From: Candidatus Nealsonbacteria bacterium RIFCSPLOWO2_01_FULL_43_32
Lineage (GTDB): Bacteria > Patescibacteriota > Minisyncoccia > Minisyncoccales > MHMH01
Length of the DNA: 62,835 nucleotides
NCBI GenBank assembly: GCA_001819335.1
Contig: MHMH01000021.1
Location: forward strand, 1 to 62,835
Direction: 5' to 3'
Below, piece by piece: positions 26,247 to 36,596 of the stretch. The notes below the pieces were generated by a model that did not search any database, was not told the DNA's origin, and worked only from the letters and a program-made list of their open reading frames with translations. The first letter of the stretch is position 1, and every line of letters begins with the position of its first letter. Made by a program: the position numbers and the translations under genes.

Positions 26247-26956
26247 ATATTTGAAGCCGCCGCTTCGTCTGCCAAAACAATGGTTGGCACATCATTGAAG
26301 GTTAGGGCCGGCAGCTCTCGTTTATTATATTTCTCTTTATCAAGGATGAGCTTTCTTAACAAATCCGCTTTATCTTTGCCGGCCAGCATTAAAACATTAG
26401 TCTTGGATTTATTGAGAAACCAAGGGGTAAGAGTAATTCTTCCAGCATAACCCCAAACCTTGGTAGACGCTGATAAATCCCAAATATCATTCTTCCAGCC
26501 AATCCGGGGATTTTCTATCATAACACCGTTCCGGTGGCCATCTGCGCCTGCGCCATTAAAAGTTAAATCAAAACCATCAGGGGCTAAACTATCTATCTGT
26601 CGAGTGTATTCTTGCGCTCCCTCAACTAAGCCTAATTCTATTTTTATGGGGTGGAGATTGGCTGGAATGTGGCTCAGCCAGGGCTGGAAAGCTCTTTGGA
26701 AGTTGCTTTCTGGATGATGGCTTGCTTTTCCTTCATCTCCCCAGAAAACATGCACCTTCGGCCAAAAAATACTTTCTTTATAATCAGTCGCCAAAAGTTC
26801 AAACATGCGTTTGGGCGTTGAGCCGCCGCTGATAGCCACCGTAAAAATATCCGGGTTCTTACTGGCCGAAATAAAAAGTTGGCAGGCGTGACGAGAAAGC
26901 TCTTCTAAATCAGCCAATATTCTAATTTCTAAATTGTCTGCCTTCTTTATTTTCAT
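26243..26956 (-). CDS. 6-phosphogluconolactonase / glucosamine-6-P deaminase-family protein
   Basis: 237 aa. AISGGSTPKRMFELL...VHVFWGDE pattern. Confidence 0.7.
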   Translation of the reverse strand: MKIKKADNLEIRILADLEELSRHACQLFISASKNPDIFTVAISGGSTPKRMFELLATDYKESIFWPKVHVFWGDEGKASHHPESNFQRAFQPWLSHIPANLHPIKIELGLVEGAQEYTRQIDSLAPDGFDLTFNGAGADGHRNGVMIENPRIGWKNDIWDLSASTKVWGYAGRITLTPWFLNKSKTNVLMLAGKDKADLLRKLILDKEKYNKRELPALTFNDVPTIVLADEAAASNI

Positions 26957-26957
26957 T

Positions 26958-27842
26958 TTAAAGTAAATTTAATCCGGCAAGTAAATTATCAACGGCTTCC
27001 CTTTCCATTTGGACTCGGCACTCTTTGGTGTTAGAGCCAATGTGGGGAGTCAGGATCACTTGCTTAAATTCGGTTAAAGGCCCCGCATACGGCTCCTTTG
27101 AAAAAACATCAATGTAGGCGCCGGCCGCTTTGCCGCTTCGCAACGCCTCGATCAAGGCATTTTCATCCCAAAGTTCGCCCCTGGCGCTGTTAATTAAAAA
27201 AACTCCGTCTTTCATCAGGGCAAATTCGCTTGCCCCTAAAATTTGCTTCAAACCCGAAGCATGAAGGCAAATAATATCAGCTTGGGGCAAGGCTGTTTCC
27301 AAAGAAATTCCGGGAAGAGACGAATCAATGGTTATTAATTTGATGCTGAACGGCGCGAGCATCTTAGCCAAATATCGGCCGATTCGGCCAAAGCCGATGA
27401 TTAAAACCGTTTTGCCGGAAAGTTGCACCCCCGTCTTTTTATCCCAAATTTTTTGGCGGACTGCTTGATCCATTTGGGGAATTTGTCTTAACAGAGCCAA
27501 AATTCCTCCCAGGGTAAGTTCAGCTACCGCAACCGTGGGGGCTTCGGGCGTATTTTTGACAACAATGCCCAATTCTTTGGCCGCCTCAAGGTCAATACTA
27601 TCTATGCCCACGCCAACACGGGAAATAACTTTCAAACTGGAGTTTTTCAGAGTTTCCCTGTCAATCGTTTCCGTGCCGGCAATCAGTCCGACGACCCCGG
27701 GCAAAAGATCTCTCAACTCTTCAGAAGTCACCTTCCGGCCGTAAGGATTTTGGATTATTTCAAAACCGCCCTTTTCTAATTTTTCCAGGGGCCCCTGGTC
27801 TGCTTTGCCGAAAGACGAGGTAGTAATCAAAATTTTAGACAT
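26958..27842 (-). CDS. D-isomer-specific 2-hydroxyacid dehydrogenase (PGDH-like)
   Basis: 294 aa. GFGRIGRYLAK NAD motif, NSARGELWDE and LTPHIGSNT. Confidence 0.85.
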   Translation of the reverse strand: MSKILITTSSFGKADQGPLEKLEKGGFEIIQNPYGRKVTSEELRDLLPGVVGLIAGTETIDRETLKNSSLKVISRVGVGIDSIDLEAAKELGIVVKNTPEAPTVAVAELTLGGILALLRQIPQMDQAVRQKIWDKKTGVQLSGKTVLIIGFGRIGRYLAKMLAPFSIKLITIDSSLPGISLETALPQADIICLHASGLKQILGASEFALMKDGVFLINSARGELWDENALIEALRSGKAAGAYIDVFSKEPYAGPLTEFKQVILTPHIGSNTKECRVQMEREAVDNLLAGLNLL

Positions 27843-29331
27843 ATTTTTCTAACTCTTTAAACGGATTGTTTTTTTTGGTGCGCCAAACAAATTTCACTCC
27901 TGCCTCCTTAGCTCCCTCGCAGTCATCAATAGCATCGCCCACAAAAATTACTTCTTGATTCTTTAAGTTAAAATCTTTCAGTATCTTTAAGATAAGCTCG
28001 CTTTTTTTAGCCGGACTGCCCAAAACGTCTTTGAAATACCGACCCAGGCCCCGCTCTTTAACGAGCGATTTAATTTCTCCGTCGGGAGTCCCCGAAGCGA
28101 TAAAGAATGGTATTTTTTGATGATATTTTTCCAAAAACTCTTGAGCTCCTTCAACAAAAGGTGAAGCTAACACCCCCTGATAAACATATTCTGAAAACTG
28201 CCTGCTTAACTTCTGCTTCCTTTCTTCAGAAAGCGGTTCGTGTAAAATATCGCGGTGGATTCTTTCGAGTTTTTCAAAACGGGACATTCCGCCATGAGTA
28301 GTATGCAACGCCACAATTTCGTTAATCTTTTCCGGATAATTATTGAACAGAACAGTAAAAGCTTTTGTTTTTACGTCCATGGATTCAAGAATGGTGCCGT
28401 CGAAATCAAAAATGATGGCCCTAACACGATTGGCACATTCTTGGTAAACCTCACTGATTAAGCTTAAAATCCCCTGCCCGAAATCAACGTAGTTGGGACT
28501 CTGAATCCGCTTGGCCAGTTTAGGGATAAAACTATAAGGAGTAATAGAGTAGTGCTCTGAGGAAGTGGCCGGTAAAAATTCCAAGTCAATTTTATTATCC
28601 AACATCTCTTTAATCATCAACAGCGAATCCTTTATCTTCATGGGCTGGTTGCCGGCAATAATCACGTGCTCGTTTTCATACTCTTCGGCCAAAATATCCA
28701 CGCTTAATCTGGCAGCATCATAAATATGGATGTATTCCCTGATTTCTTCGCCATCGCCGTTTCTGGTGATTTTGCCCCGGGTAATGGCTTGCTCTAATAT
28801 CTGACGAACCCAGTTGTTTCTATCGGCCCTGGGACCGTAAAGAGAACCGTAGCGCAAAATAGTGTAATTTAAGCCATAAATTTCTTGATAGTTATTAATT
28901 AATAACTCGCAGGCCTGTTTTGAGCTGCGGTAAAAAGAACCGGCTTTGCTGTAGACATAAAGAGTGCTGGCAAAAATAAATCTCTCGATGCGATGGGTTC
29001 TCGCTACTTCCAGTAAAACGGCATTGCCCAAAATATTTGTTTTAACCGTATCAAGGGGATCGTTTTTGGCCTCTTCAATGTCAGCCACCGCCGCAAAATT
29101 ATAAACAATCTGGCACCCTTCCATCGCCTCTCCAACGGATTTCGGGTCGTTAATGTCTCCTACAATCGAAATCTGCCCCTCTTTTAAATAAGGAGATTTT
29201 TCAATATCAAAGATAACAACCTGGTAACCGCGGTCGGTTAAAACATCGGCCACATGAGAACCCAAAAACCCGGCTCCACCGAAGACAACTACTTTTTTAT
29301 TTTTATTTTCTCCTGATATATTATCTGGCAT
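27835..29331 (-). CDS. Fusion: NAD-dependent epimerase/dehydratase (N) plus HAD phosphatase (C)
   Basis: 498 aa. N-terminal half: VVFGGAGFLGSHV and YRSSK. C-terminal half: IIFDFDGTILES...GDAIDDCEGAKEAGVKFVW. Confidence 0.8.
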   Translation of the reverse strand: MPDNISGENKNKKVVVFGGAGFLGSHVADVLTDRGYQVVIFDIEKSPYLKEGQISIVGDINDPKSVGEAMEGCQIVYNFAAVADIEEAKNDPLDTVKTNILGNAVLLEVARTHRIERFIFASTLYVYSKAGSFYRSSKQACELLINNYQEIYGLNYTILRYGSLYGPRADRNNWVRQILEQAITRGKITRNGDGEEIREYIHIYDAARLSVDILAEEYENEHVIIAGNQPMKIKDSLLMIKEMLDNKIDLEFLPATSSEHYSITPYSFIPKLAKRIQSPNYVDFGQGILSLISEVYQECANRVRAIIFDFDGTILESMDVKTKAFTVLFNNYPEKINEIVALHTTHGGMSRFEKLERIHRDILHEPLSEERKQKLSRQFSEYVYQGVLASPFVEGAQEFLEKYHQKIPFFIASGTPDGEIKSLVKERGLGRYFKDVLGSPAKKSELILKILKDFNLKNQEVIFVGDAIDDCEGAKEAGVKFVWRTKKNNPFKELEKYV

Positions 29332-29346
29332 ATTAATGGTGTAATT

Positions 29347-30822
29347 TTAGTTGTTTTGCATTTTCAGCCAACCCAAGAAATATTCAATAACAATTTTTAT
29401 TCTTTTAAATAATTTTTTAAAGCCATCCGCCCCAGTTAAAGAGCGAAACCCGAACTTAATAAAGTACCACCAGTTATGTTCAAATCTAAAAATGAGGAGT
29501 CGATAATATTTGTTAATTTCTTCAGCCGTCATCTCGAAGGTGTGATGATTGACGTGAACATTGGTGTCGTATCTATAGTAATCGGCCGGGGTTTCTAATT
29601 TGTTCTCGAGCAAGTTATGGATTTGGAAGTATTTGAATAGTTCTGAACCGGGATAGGGACTAAGAATATGAAAAGCAGGAACGTCGGGCTTAATATCCTT
29701 GATCAACCTGACTGTCATTTTAATATCATCCGGCGTTTCTCCCGGGAAACCAATTATAATAAACATCTGGGATTTAATGCCGGCCTCCTTAGCCAGAGCA
29801 AAAGCCCGATAAACATTTTCCAGCTTAATGTCTTTATGGATAACATCGTCTAAAATCCTTTGAGAACCAGACTCAACTCCCCACCAAATCCAGCAGCAGC
29901 CCGCTTCTTTCATTTTCTTTAAAGTTTCTAATTCAATATACGGACTGCACCTTCCTTGGACCAGCCAGGGTAAATTTAATTTTCTCCTGATCATTTCGTC
30001 GCAAATCTCTTGGACCCACTCATTTTGTTTGGGGGTCATACCAACAAAATCATCGTCATAAATCTGGACCGACCTCACTCCGAATTTATTTTTATAATAC
30101 GCTATTTCAGCGACGACATCTTTAGGGCTACGTTGACGGTACAACTTGGATCCCAAACTGCAAAAAGTGCAGCGATGAGGACAACCTCGGGCAGCCAGCA
30201 CGGTGGCGCGGGGTTTTTTCATTTCTTTGATTTTAGAAGAAAGGTGGGCGCCGGGATATTTTGAAAAATCAGAAGTAAGCAAATGAAAAGCTGGCCAGGG
30301 TATGGAATCCAAATCCATAATGTACCCCCGGGGCCCGGTCATCACTAAATTACCGTCTTTGCCCAAAAAAGCCAGACCGGCAATATCGCTAAAATCTTTC
30401 CCGCGACTCTCTCTGCGTTTAACCACCTCCAAAAGCGTTATCTCCCCCTCTCCCACCGCAACAAGGTCAATTGCCCCTTGGGCCATTCTCAAAACTTTTT
30501 CCGGCTCTTTGGTCGGACCAAAACCGCCAGCCACAATCAGGCAATCAGACAAATGGTTTCTGGCCACTTGGGCTGTTTTGATTAAAGCCGGCAGAACAAA
30601 AGAAGAGCCGCCGACACCAACAATATCTGGATTTTCTTTAACCAATAAATTAGCTAAGGCCTGCCAAGTCAGTCTCTCTATATCGGCATCAAGAACCTTA
30701 ACATCGGCAAATCCCCATTTCTCGAGATACCCCGCTAAATAAAGCATGGCTAAGGGCGGTGAAGCAGCTTTGGGTCTGCCGACATCATTACAAACTGGTG
30801 GATTAATTAATAAGATTTTCAT
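29347..30822 (-). CDS. B12-binding-domain radical SAM protein (subfamily B)
   Basis: 491 aa. GEGEITL, GLAFLGKDGNLVMTGPR and ARGCPHRCTFCSLG. Confidence 0.9.
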   Translation of the reverse strand: MKILLINPPVCNDVGRPKAASPPLAMLYLAGYLEKWGFADVKVLDADIERLTWQALANLLVKENPDIVGVGGSSFVLPALIKTAQVARNHLSDCLIVAGGFGPTKEPEKVLRMAQGAIDLVAVGEGEITLLEVVKRRESRGKDFSDIAGLAFLGKDGNLVMTGPRGYIMDLDSIPWPAFHLLTSDFSKYPGAHLSSKIKEMKKPRATVLAARGCPHRCTFCSLGSKLYRQRSPKDVVAEIAYYKNKFGVRSVQIYDDDFVGMTPKQNEWVQEICDEMIRRKLNLPWLVQGRCSPYIELETLKKMKEAGCCWIWWGVESGSQRILDDVIHKDIKLENVYRAFALAKEAGIKSQMFIIIGFPGETPDDIKMTVRLIKDIKPDVPAFHILSPYPGSELFKYFQIHNLLENKLETPADYYRYDTNVHVNHHTFEMTAEEINKYYRLLIFRFEHNWWYFIKFGFRSLTGADGFKKLFKRIKIVIEYFLGWLKMQNN

Positions 30823-30834
30823 GGTGATTAAAAA

Positions 30835-32460
30835 TTAAAAGTCGGTTGGTTCATCAATCAGCAATCTCACTCCGCAGGTTTCGTCAAAAATGGCTTTTAT
30901 TTGAGATATCATCTCCCGACACTTATCTACTCCAATCAATTTCTTATTTGAAGCAATTGTGTATAATATCAAAAATTTCATTAAAGTGCTTATTTCGGCG
31001 GTAATGTGGGTAATCTTTAATTTTTCCGCATATTCTTTTTCTTTTATCGGATAAGCCGCTTCAAACTCCTCAATAAGCTCCCTGGCATCCTTATCCCTCG
31101 GCAATATCATCTTGGCAATCCTAACATTTTTATCGCTCAAAGGAATCTTCTCATCCTTATAAACTATCAAATCTTTGATATTCTGGTCTTCCCCTAATTT
31201 AGAGCCCCTGATGGGAATGATGTAGGGACAAAGCTTGACCACATCACCGTTGGAAATAAATTCCAGGCAGGCCTCAACCGTTTGAAAGATATCCGCCACT
31301 TTGGTTACGGGCGTACTCAAAATGATATAAATAATGGACTTGATGCCCGCTTTGTTGAACGCCCTCAAAACTTTTTTACTGTCTTCGGGACTTATGTGCT
31401 TGTTCATGTAATTTAGCTCTTTCTCGGAAAATGATTCCACGCCGTAACTTAGAAAAAAGAAATTTGCCTCGCTTAACAGGTTGATTAACTCCGGCTTTTT
31501 AATAAAAGTGTCGGTCCTTGCTTTAGCTGCAAAACAAAGGAGAGGATAATCTTTCCTTAAATTAATCAAGGTTTTAATTATCTCAACCGTATCAATATTT
31601 CCCCTGTCAAAGAAATTATCATCTTTAAAAAGTATCGTCCTTGTTTCGGGCTGGTTCTTGAGCATTTCTCTAAGATAAATATTCATATCCGCAGCTGTCA
31701 GAGATGCTATTTTAGCCGCACATTGACCGGCAAAGTTCTGAAAATTGGTTGAAGAGCAAAAGGCGCATTTGTAGGGACAGTAACTTGATGTAAAAGGCTT
31801 TAAAACAAATATTTTTTTCTTTAATTGCTCGCTTTGCAGCTCTTCATCGGTATAATAGCGGCAAATCAAGTCCCAGTACTTCTTCTGGGGAATTCTATCA
31901 AAATTGGCCAACATGGTTACCTCTCTGAATTCCTCATAATTTAACGCAGAGTTTGGTCCCGTTATGTCTCGAGCCCCCTTTAAATACAAGCCGGGAACCG
32001 ACTCTAATAGTGAATAATCTTTCTTAAGATCTTCTATGGAGTTTTCTCTGATAACTCCGATAAGTTTTACCAGAGGTTTTTCCCCCTCTCCGACGATAAT
32101 TAAATCAAGCTTGGGGAAATTTTCAAAAAGGAACCCATGATTGAATGTCGCTTCCTGACCGCCGGCTATGAACAAAGATGCCGATGATTTTTCCTCGCAT
32201 AAAAACATCAACGAAAGGTCGTTTTCTAAAGTCAGATGCAAAGGGCTGAAACCGATGATGTCATATTTTTTATCTTGCAGCAGCTCGGCTAATTTAGAAT
32301 GGGGTTCGGAATAAAGATTTGGGTCAAAAACATCCACCGCCACATCCTTTAATTTGCTTCTGAGATAAGCCTCTATTCTCCATAAACCCATGGGCGGAGA
32401 TAAAAAGTTTTTTTTGCCGCAATCTCTTTCCCAGCTATTTATCAAGAATATCTTTGTCAT
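30835..32460 (-). CDS. Divergent B12-binding-like radical SAM protein
   Basis: GEGEKPL and TSSYCPYKCAFCSST. I prefer the ATG at 32460 (MTKIFLINS, ATGA overlap with the GT4 stop) over the track start at 32475. Confidence 0.8.
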   Translation of the reverse strand: MTKIFLINSWERDCGKKNFLSPPMGLWRIEAYLRSKLKDVAVDVFDPNLYSEPHSKLAELLQDKKYDIIGFSPLHLTLENDLSLMFLCEEKSSASLFIAGGQEATFNHGFLFENFPKLDLIIVGEGEKPLVKLIGVIRENSIEDLKKDYSLLESVPGLYLKGARDITGPNSALNYEEFREVTMLANFDRIPQKKYWDLICRYYTDEELQSEQLKKKIFVLKPFTSSYCPYKCAFCSSTNFQNFAGQCAAKIASLTAADMNIYLREMLKNQPETRTILFKDDNFFDRGNIDTVEIIKTLINLRKDYPLLCFAAKARTDTFIKKPELINLLSEANFFFLSYGVESFSEKELNYMNKHISPEDSKKVLRAFNKAGIKSIIYIILSTPVTKVADIFQTVEACLEFISNGDVVKLCPYIIPIRGSKLGEDQNIKDLIVYKDEKIPLSDKNVRIAKMILPRDKDARELIEEFEAAYPIKEKEYAEKLKITHITAEISTLMKFLILYTIASNKKLIGVDKCREMISQIKAIFDETCGVRLLIDEPTDF

Positions 32461-33620
32461 ATTTTTTGGTACCAACCAACAGTTTGGCTGACATGGACGG
32501 CTTGGCTGAAGTGTTTTTTTACTCTTTCAAAACCCGCTTCGCCAAATTGTTTTGCTTTTTGGTCGTTTTTTAATAAGTCAATAAGTTTTTGGGCCATTAA
32601 TTCTATCTTGAAAGGATTAACGATGACTCCGGTTACTCCGTCCCGAACAACTTCTGGCGTGCCGCCGTAGCAAGTGCCAACTATTGGCTTTTTGCAAGCC
32701 ATGCCCTCTAAGTTCGTTCTGTTAAGCGGATCAAAATAAATTGAGGGCGTAACGATAATATCTGCTGAATGATAAGCGGCTTTTAAGTCCTCGCCAGTCA
32801 ACCAACCGATCCCTCCCTTACCGGCTATTAACAAAACCGCCGCTGGAACTTCTTGTTTAACTTTGACCATGGCTTGCTTAATCTGTGCTAAGCCCTTCAA
32901 ACCGCTTATCCGGCCGGCAAAAAAAATGATTTTTTTCCCCTGGAGGCTATGTTTTTCTCTAAACTCCTTTATTTTGTCAGGGGCAACGGACCAGTCATCA
33001 ACAGCTATCCCGGTATAACTTACTTCAGCATCTTTGATGCCATTTTGCGCCAAAGCGTCCTTTAAAACATGGGTTACGGCAAAAATTTTGTCAACATATT
33101 TTAAATAATGCCGAATAATAATATTGCGCAAGGGATTGTATCTTTTTTTGGCCTGTTTGAGATGATCCCGCCAGGAAGTACGGGTGTCAAATTGCTCTAA
33201 ATATTTCTTAGTAGCCAACTTGCCGAAAGTGAATGACATGGTGTCTCGGGCAGTCCAAAAAACAGCTCGACTATGCTTTTTAGCTATTTTCAAACAAGCA
33301 TAAGAAAGATAAGAATGAATATTGTGAGCATGCGTGATATCGGGACTAATCTGTTTTATTAATTCTCTAACCTTACTGACTGTCTGGGGATTGTACAGGC
33401 TTAAGTACGCTCGATATCTTGGATGATAGTCGGCAAAAATTCTAAAAACTTTTAATCCCCGATAATTGCAAACTCCTTCATCTTTTTTCTCTCTAACGGT
33501 CGTCAGCACGAAAATTTGGTGTCCGGCTTTCTGCAGGCCTTGAGCTAAATAAAAAGTGGAAATGCCGGCTCCCCCAAAACTTTGAGGCGGGAAATCATCT
33601 TGTAGCATCAAAATTTTCAT
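32457..33620 (-). CDS. Family 4 glycosyltransferase (GT-B)
   Basis: 387 aa. N-terminal FPPQSFGGAGIS..., C-terminal EGMACKKPIVGTCYGGTPEVV (EX7E region). Confidence 0.9.
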   Translation of the reverse strand: MKILMLQDDFPPQSFGGAGISTFYLAQGLQKAGHQIFVLTTVREKKDEGVCNYRGLKVFRIFADYHPRYRAYLSLYNPQTVSKVRELIKQISPDITHAHNIHSYLSYACLKIAKKHSRAVFWTARDTMSFTFGKLATKKYLEQFDTRTSWRDHLKQAKKRYNPLRNIIIRHYLKYVDKIFAVTHVLKDALAQNGIKDAEVSYTGIAVDDWSVAPDKIKEFREKHSLQGKKIIFFAGRISGLKGLAQIKQAMVKVKQEVPAAVLLIAGKGGIGWLTGEDLKAAYHSADIIVTPSIYFDPLNRTNLEGMACKKPIVGTCYGGTPEVVRDGVTGVIVNPFKIELMAQKLIDLLKNDQKAKQFGEAGFERVKKHFSQAVHVSQTVGWYQKI

Positions 33621-34228
33621 TTTTGGGCAACGATATAAACGTTGCTATAAATTATTTTATTCTTAGTAAATCTATCCAAAAATCTAGCTATTTTGGCCAT
33701 AAAATGAGCGAGTTTAAAACTGCCTCTCTTTCTTTTTTTAAATGGATTGAACCAGGAAAATCTGATAAATTCAGCAAGAACCGAGAAGACTTGACCGCTA
33801 TAATCACATTCGATAATTTGAAAACCCTCGTTTTTAAATAATAACCTGATCCCCTCAACGGTATACCGAAAATAATCGCCCGGGTCGGGGTGGTACGGAC
33901 CCAAAAAAGGAGCGGTCAGAATACACCTGCCCCCGGGCTTTAATACCCGGTGAATTTCCTCAACCATAACCCAGGGCTTTGCTACGTGCTCTAAAACCTG
34001 AGTGGAAATAACTGTTTCAAAGCTCTCTTCTGGAAAAGGCAAATTTAACGCATCGCCAACCACATCAATATTTTTCCCCGGCACCATATCAAAGGTCGTA
34101 TAACCTGAAGTGTTTGGTTCAATAATATCACGATATTTACCAAAACCAGCTCCCAAATCTAGGGTGCTACCGGAAATATATTTCTTGGCATAATTAATAA
34201 CCTCTCGAGTTTGTTGGAATTTTTTCAT
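33617..34228 (-). CDS. Class I SAM-dependent methyltransferase
   Basis: TLDLGAGFG motif I and VLKPGGRCIL. The ATG at 34228 gives an ATGA overlap with the upstream stop. The track start at 34276 is TTG. Confidence 0.85.
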   Translation of the reverse strand: MKKFQQTREVINYAKKYISGSTLDLGAGFGKYRDIIEPNTSGYTTFDMVPGKNIDVVGDALNLPFPEESFETVISTQVLEHVAKPWVMVEEIHRVLKPGGRCILTAPFLGPYHPDPGDYFRYTVEGIRLLFKNEGFQIIECDYSGQVFSVLAEFIRFSWFNPFKKRKRGSFKLAHFMAKIARFLDRFTKNKIIYSNVYIVAQK

Positions 34229-35589
34229 ATCGTTTTTTGAATATGATAAATTTTTCTGTTCAATTTTTCCTTCCAATAAGCGTAGGTTTTCTTAAAGAGA
34301 CCGTTAGGCGGCAGGTTAATCAAAACTTTGACCAAGGGAAAAAGAATCGGGAAAGAAACGGTCAGACAAAACAGCTTCTGCAAATTATTAATCTTGGCTT
34401 TGTCTTTAATATCCAAAACGCTATCTTCAAAAAAGGTTTCTGATATTTTGTCGATATCGCCGTCATAGATGCCCTTTTGAACACACAAATCACCTAATTT
34501 GGTCCGGGGATAAGGCTGATAGATGGAAGCCCAGCCTAAATCGGGCTTACATAAAATATTAAGTTTCAGAGTTTCAAGGTCATCCTTAAGAGAGCCCTCG
34601 GGCAAGCCCAGCATATTGAAAATTCTTAATTTTAATCCGGCCTTTTTAACGAGTCCAGATGCTCTGATAATTTGGTCTTTAGTCATATTTCTTTCAAGAA
34701 TTTGATTGCGCAGGCGGTCGTCGGCGGTTTCGATGGCAAAGGTCACCCCAGAGCACTCCGCTTTTTTGAGAAACCCCACCAATCTTTCATTGATTAAATT
34801 AATCCGCGCATGGCAATGGAACGGTAGCCCGATAACCTTGGGGTATTGCTCGCTGAATTCCCCCAGCCATTCGTCTTCCGTGCCGAAAGTGTCGTCCTGG
34901 AAATAAGCCATTGCCATGGGATAGTGATTTTTCACTTCCAGCATTTCCTGAAGCAGATTATCAACCGACCGAAATCTGACATATTGGCCCTTGCCCTGAT
35001 AAATCGTTTTTAAAGAATGGTTGAAGCAGTACGGACAGTTAAAGGGACAGCCCCGACCGCCCAGGAAATTTTTAATGGGGTTATCGCGGGATTTGGGATA
35101 TTTTCGGTAAATCAGCTCTCGGTCGGGAAAGGCCAAAGAGTCAATGTCGTTTAATGGCCTAACGTCATTTTTAATGATGGCGCCGTTCTTTTTAACCCAT
35201 AAATTGGGGATCGTGGAGAAATCTTCTCCTTTGGCCAGCTTATCGGCCAATTCGGCAAAAGCTTCTTCGCCCTCTCCGATACAAATAATATCAACGCCTT
35301 CATTTTTAATAATTTCCGTGAAGAAGGTCGGATGCGACCCGCCAAAAACAGCTAAAAATTTAAACTGGCTTTTAAGTTTCTTGTTGAGATCGAGAAAATA
35401 TCCGTGCTGACCGGTAGTTAAACTGTAGGCAACGATATCGGGCGCAAAATTTTTAACTTTTTCCTCAATGTTTTCTACGCCAGCTTTCACGATATCGGTT
35501 TTGTGACCGGCTTTTTTCAAAGCTCCCGCAATATACATAATACCTAAAGGCTCAATGATAAAATCTCTGGTGATAAATAAGATTTTCAT
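34225..35589 (-). CDS. B12-binding-domain radical SAM protein (subfamily A)
   Basis: 454 aa. GEGEEAF, NLWVKKNGAIIKNDVR and GRGCPFNCPYCFNH. Confidence 0.9.
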   Translation of the reverse strand: MKILFITRDFIIEPLGIMYIAGALKKAGHKTDIVKAGVENIEEKVKNFAPDIVAYSLTTGQHGYFLDLNKKLKSQFKFLAVFGGSHPTFFTEIIKNEGVDIICIGEGEEAFAELADKLAKGEDFSTIPNLWVKKNGAIIKNDVRPLNDIDSLAFPDRELIYRKYPKSRDNPIKNFLGGRGCPFNCPYCFNHSLKTIYQGKGQYVRFRSVDNLLQEMLEVKNHYPMAMAYFQDDTFGTEDEWLGEFSEQYPKVIGLPFHCHARINLINERLVGFLKKAECSGVTFAIETADDRLRNQILERNMTKDQIIRASGLVKKAGLKLRIFNMLGLPEGSLKDDLETLKLNILCKPDLGWASIYQPYPRTKLGDLCVQKGIYDGDIDKISETFFEDSVLDIKDKAKINNLQKLFCLTVSFPILFPLVKVLINLPPNGLFKKTYAYWKEKLNRKIYHIQKTI

Positions 35590-36596
35590 TTTTTAAGAAT
35601 GACTTTTACGGCTTCAGCAAGATTTTTAACCGAATAATGCGGCCTGAATTTTAAATCATCGGGGAAGCGCTTGCCCACGAAAATCGTTTTAAGGTTGGCT
35701 TCCCGGCCCATCTGGATATCCTTAGGACTGTCGCCTACTATCCAGCTCTTGCTTAAATTCAAGCCGAAATCTTTGGCCGCAGACTCCGTCATGCCGGTTT
35801 TCGGTTTGCGGCAGGAGCAATTGTCTCTCTCGGTATGAATGCAATAATAAATTCTATCAATCCTGATGCCTGATTTTTTAAACTGCGAAAGCATGTAGCG
35901 ATGGATTTCCTGCAAGTCTTTTTCTGTGAAGTAACCCCTCCCCACGCCCAATTGGTTGGTGACGATAATGATCTTATAATCGGTTTTGGAAAGTTTTCTT
36001 AAGGCGGGCAGTACTCCCGGAATAAATTTAAAATCTTCTTTTTTGTGCGGGTACTCGGGCTCATTGATATTAATCGTCCCATCTCTGTCTAAAAAAACCG
36101 CTCGGACTTCGGGTTTGGCATAAATACTGATGATTTTCTTGACGAGAGCGCTGGTCGAAAGGCCGGGTACGGTTTTCAGAATATGAATTTGACCGCCGTT
36201 TTGTTCCACTACCTCCCTTTCCACACAGTCTTTGCCCCAGTCGGCGCCATGGCAATGAATGTCGGGTTTAATTTTATTTAAAATTTCCTTAGGATTGATT
36301 TCATCAAAAAGCACCACGTAATCTACGCAATTTAAAACCGCCAAGGTTTGAGCGCGCTCACCTTCCGAAATGATCGGATGATTGGGTCCTTTATAAATCC
36401 TAACGGATTTGTCGCTGTTTAAGGGCACAATTAAAACATCGCCCTGGACCTTGGCCTCTTCTAAAGATTTAATGTGGCCTAAATGCAAAATGTCAAAACT
36501 GCCGTTGTAGGTGACAACTGTTTTTTTGCGTTTCTTGAAACGCCGGCAGATCTGGATAATCTCTTTTTGAGTTTTAATTTTGGTTTGGGTTGACAT
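35586..36596 (-). CDS. Fusion: heptose-1-P adenylyltransferase (RfaE domain II-like) plus D,D-heptose-1,7-bisphosphate phosphatase (GmhB-like)
   Basis: 336 aa. N-terminal half: TYNGSFDILHLGHIKSL cytidylyltransferase fold. C-terminal half: VFLDRDGTIN...VTNQ...CSCRKPKTGM...GDSPKDIQMG. Confidence 0.8.
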   Translation of the reverse strand: MSTQTKIKTQKEIIQICRRFKKRKKTVVTYNGSFDILHLGHIKSLEEAKVQGDVLIVPLNSDKSVRIYKGPNHPIISEGERAQTLAVLNCVDYVVLFDEINPKEILNKIKPDIHCHGADWGKDCVEREVVEQNGGQIHILKTVPGLSTSALVKKIISIYAKPEVRAVFLDRDGTININEPEYPHKKEDFKFIPGVLPALRKLSKTDYKIIIVTNQLGVGRGYFTEKDLQEIHRYMLSQFKKSGIRIDRIYYCIHTERDNCSCRKPKTGMTESAAKDFGLNLSKSWIVGDSPKDIQMGREANLKTIFVGKRFPDDLKFRPHYSVKNLAEAVKVILKK

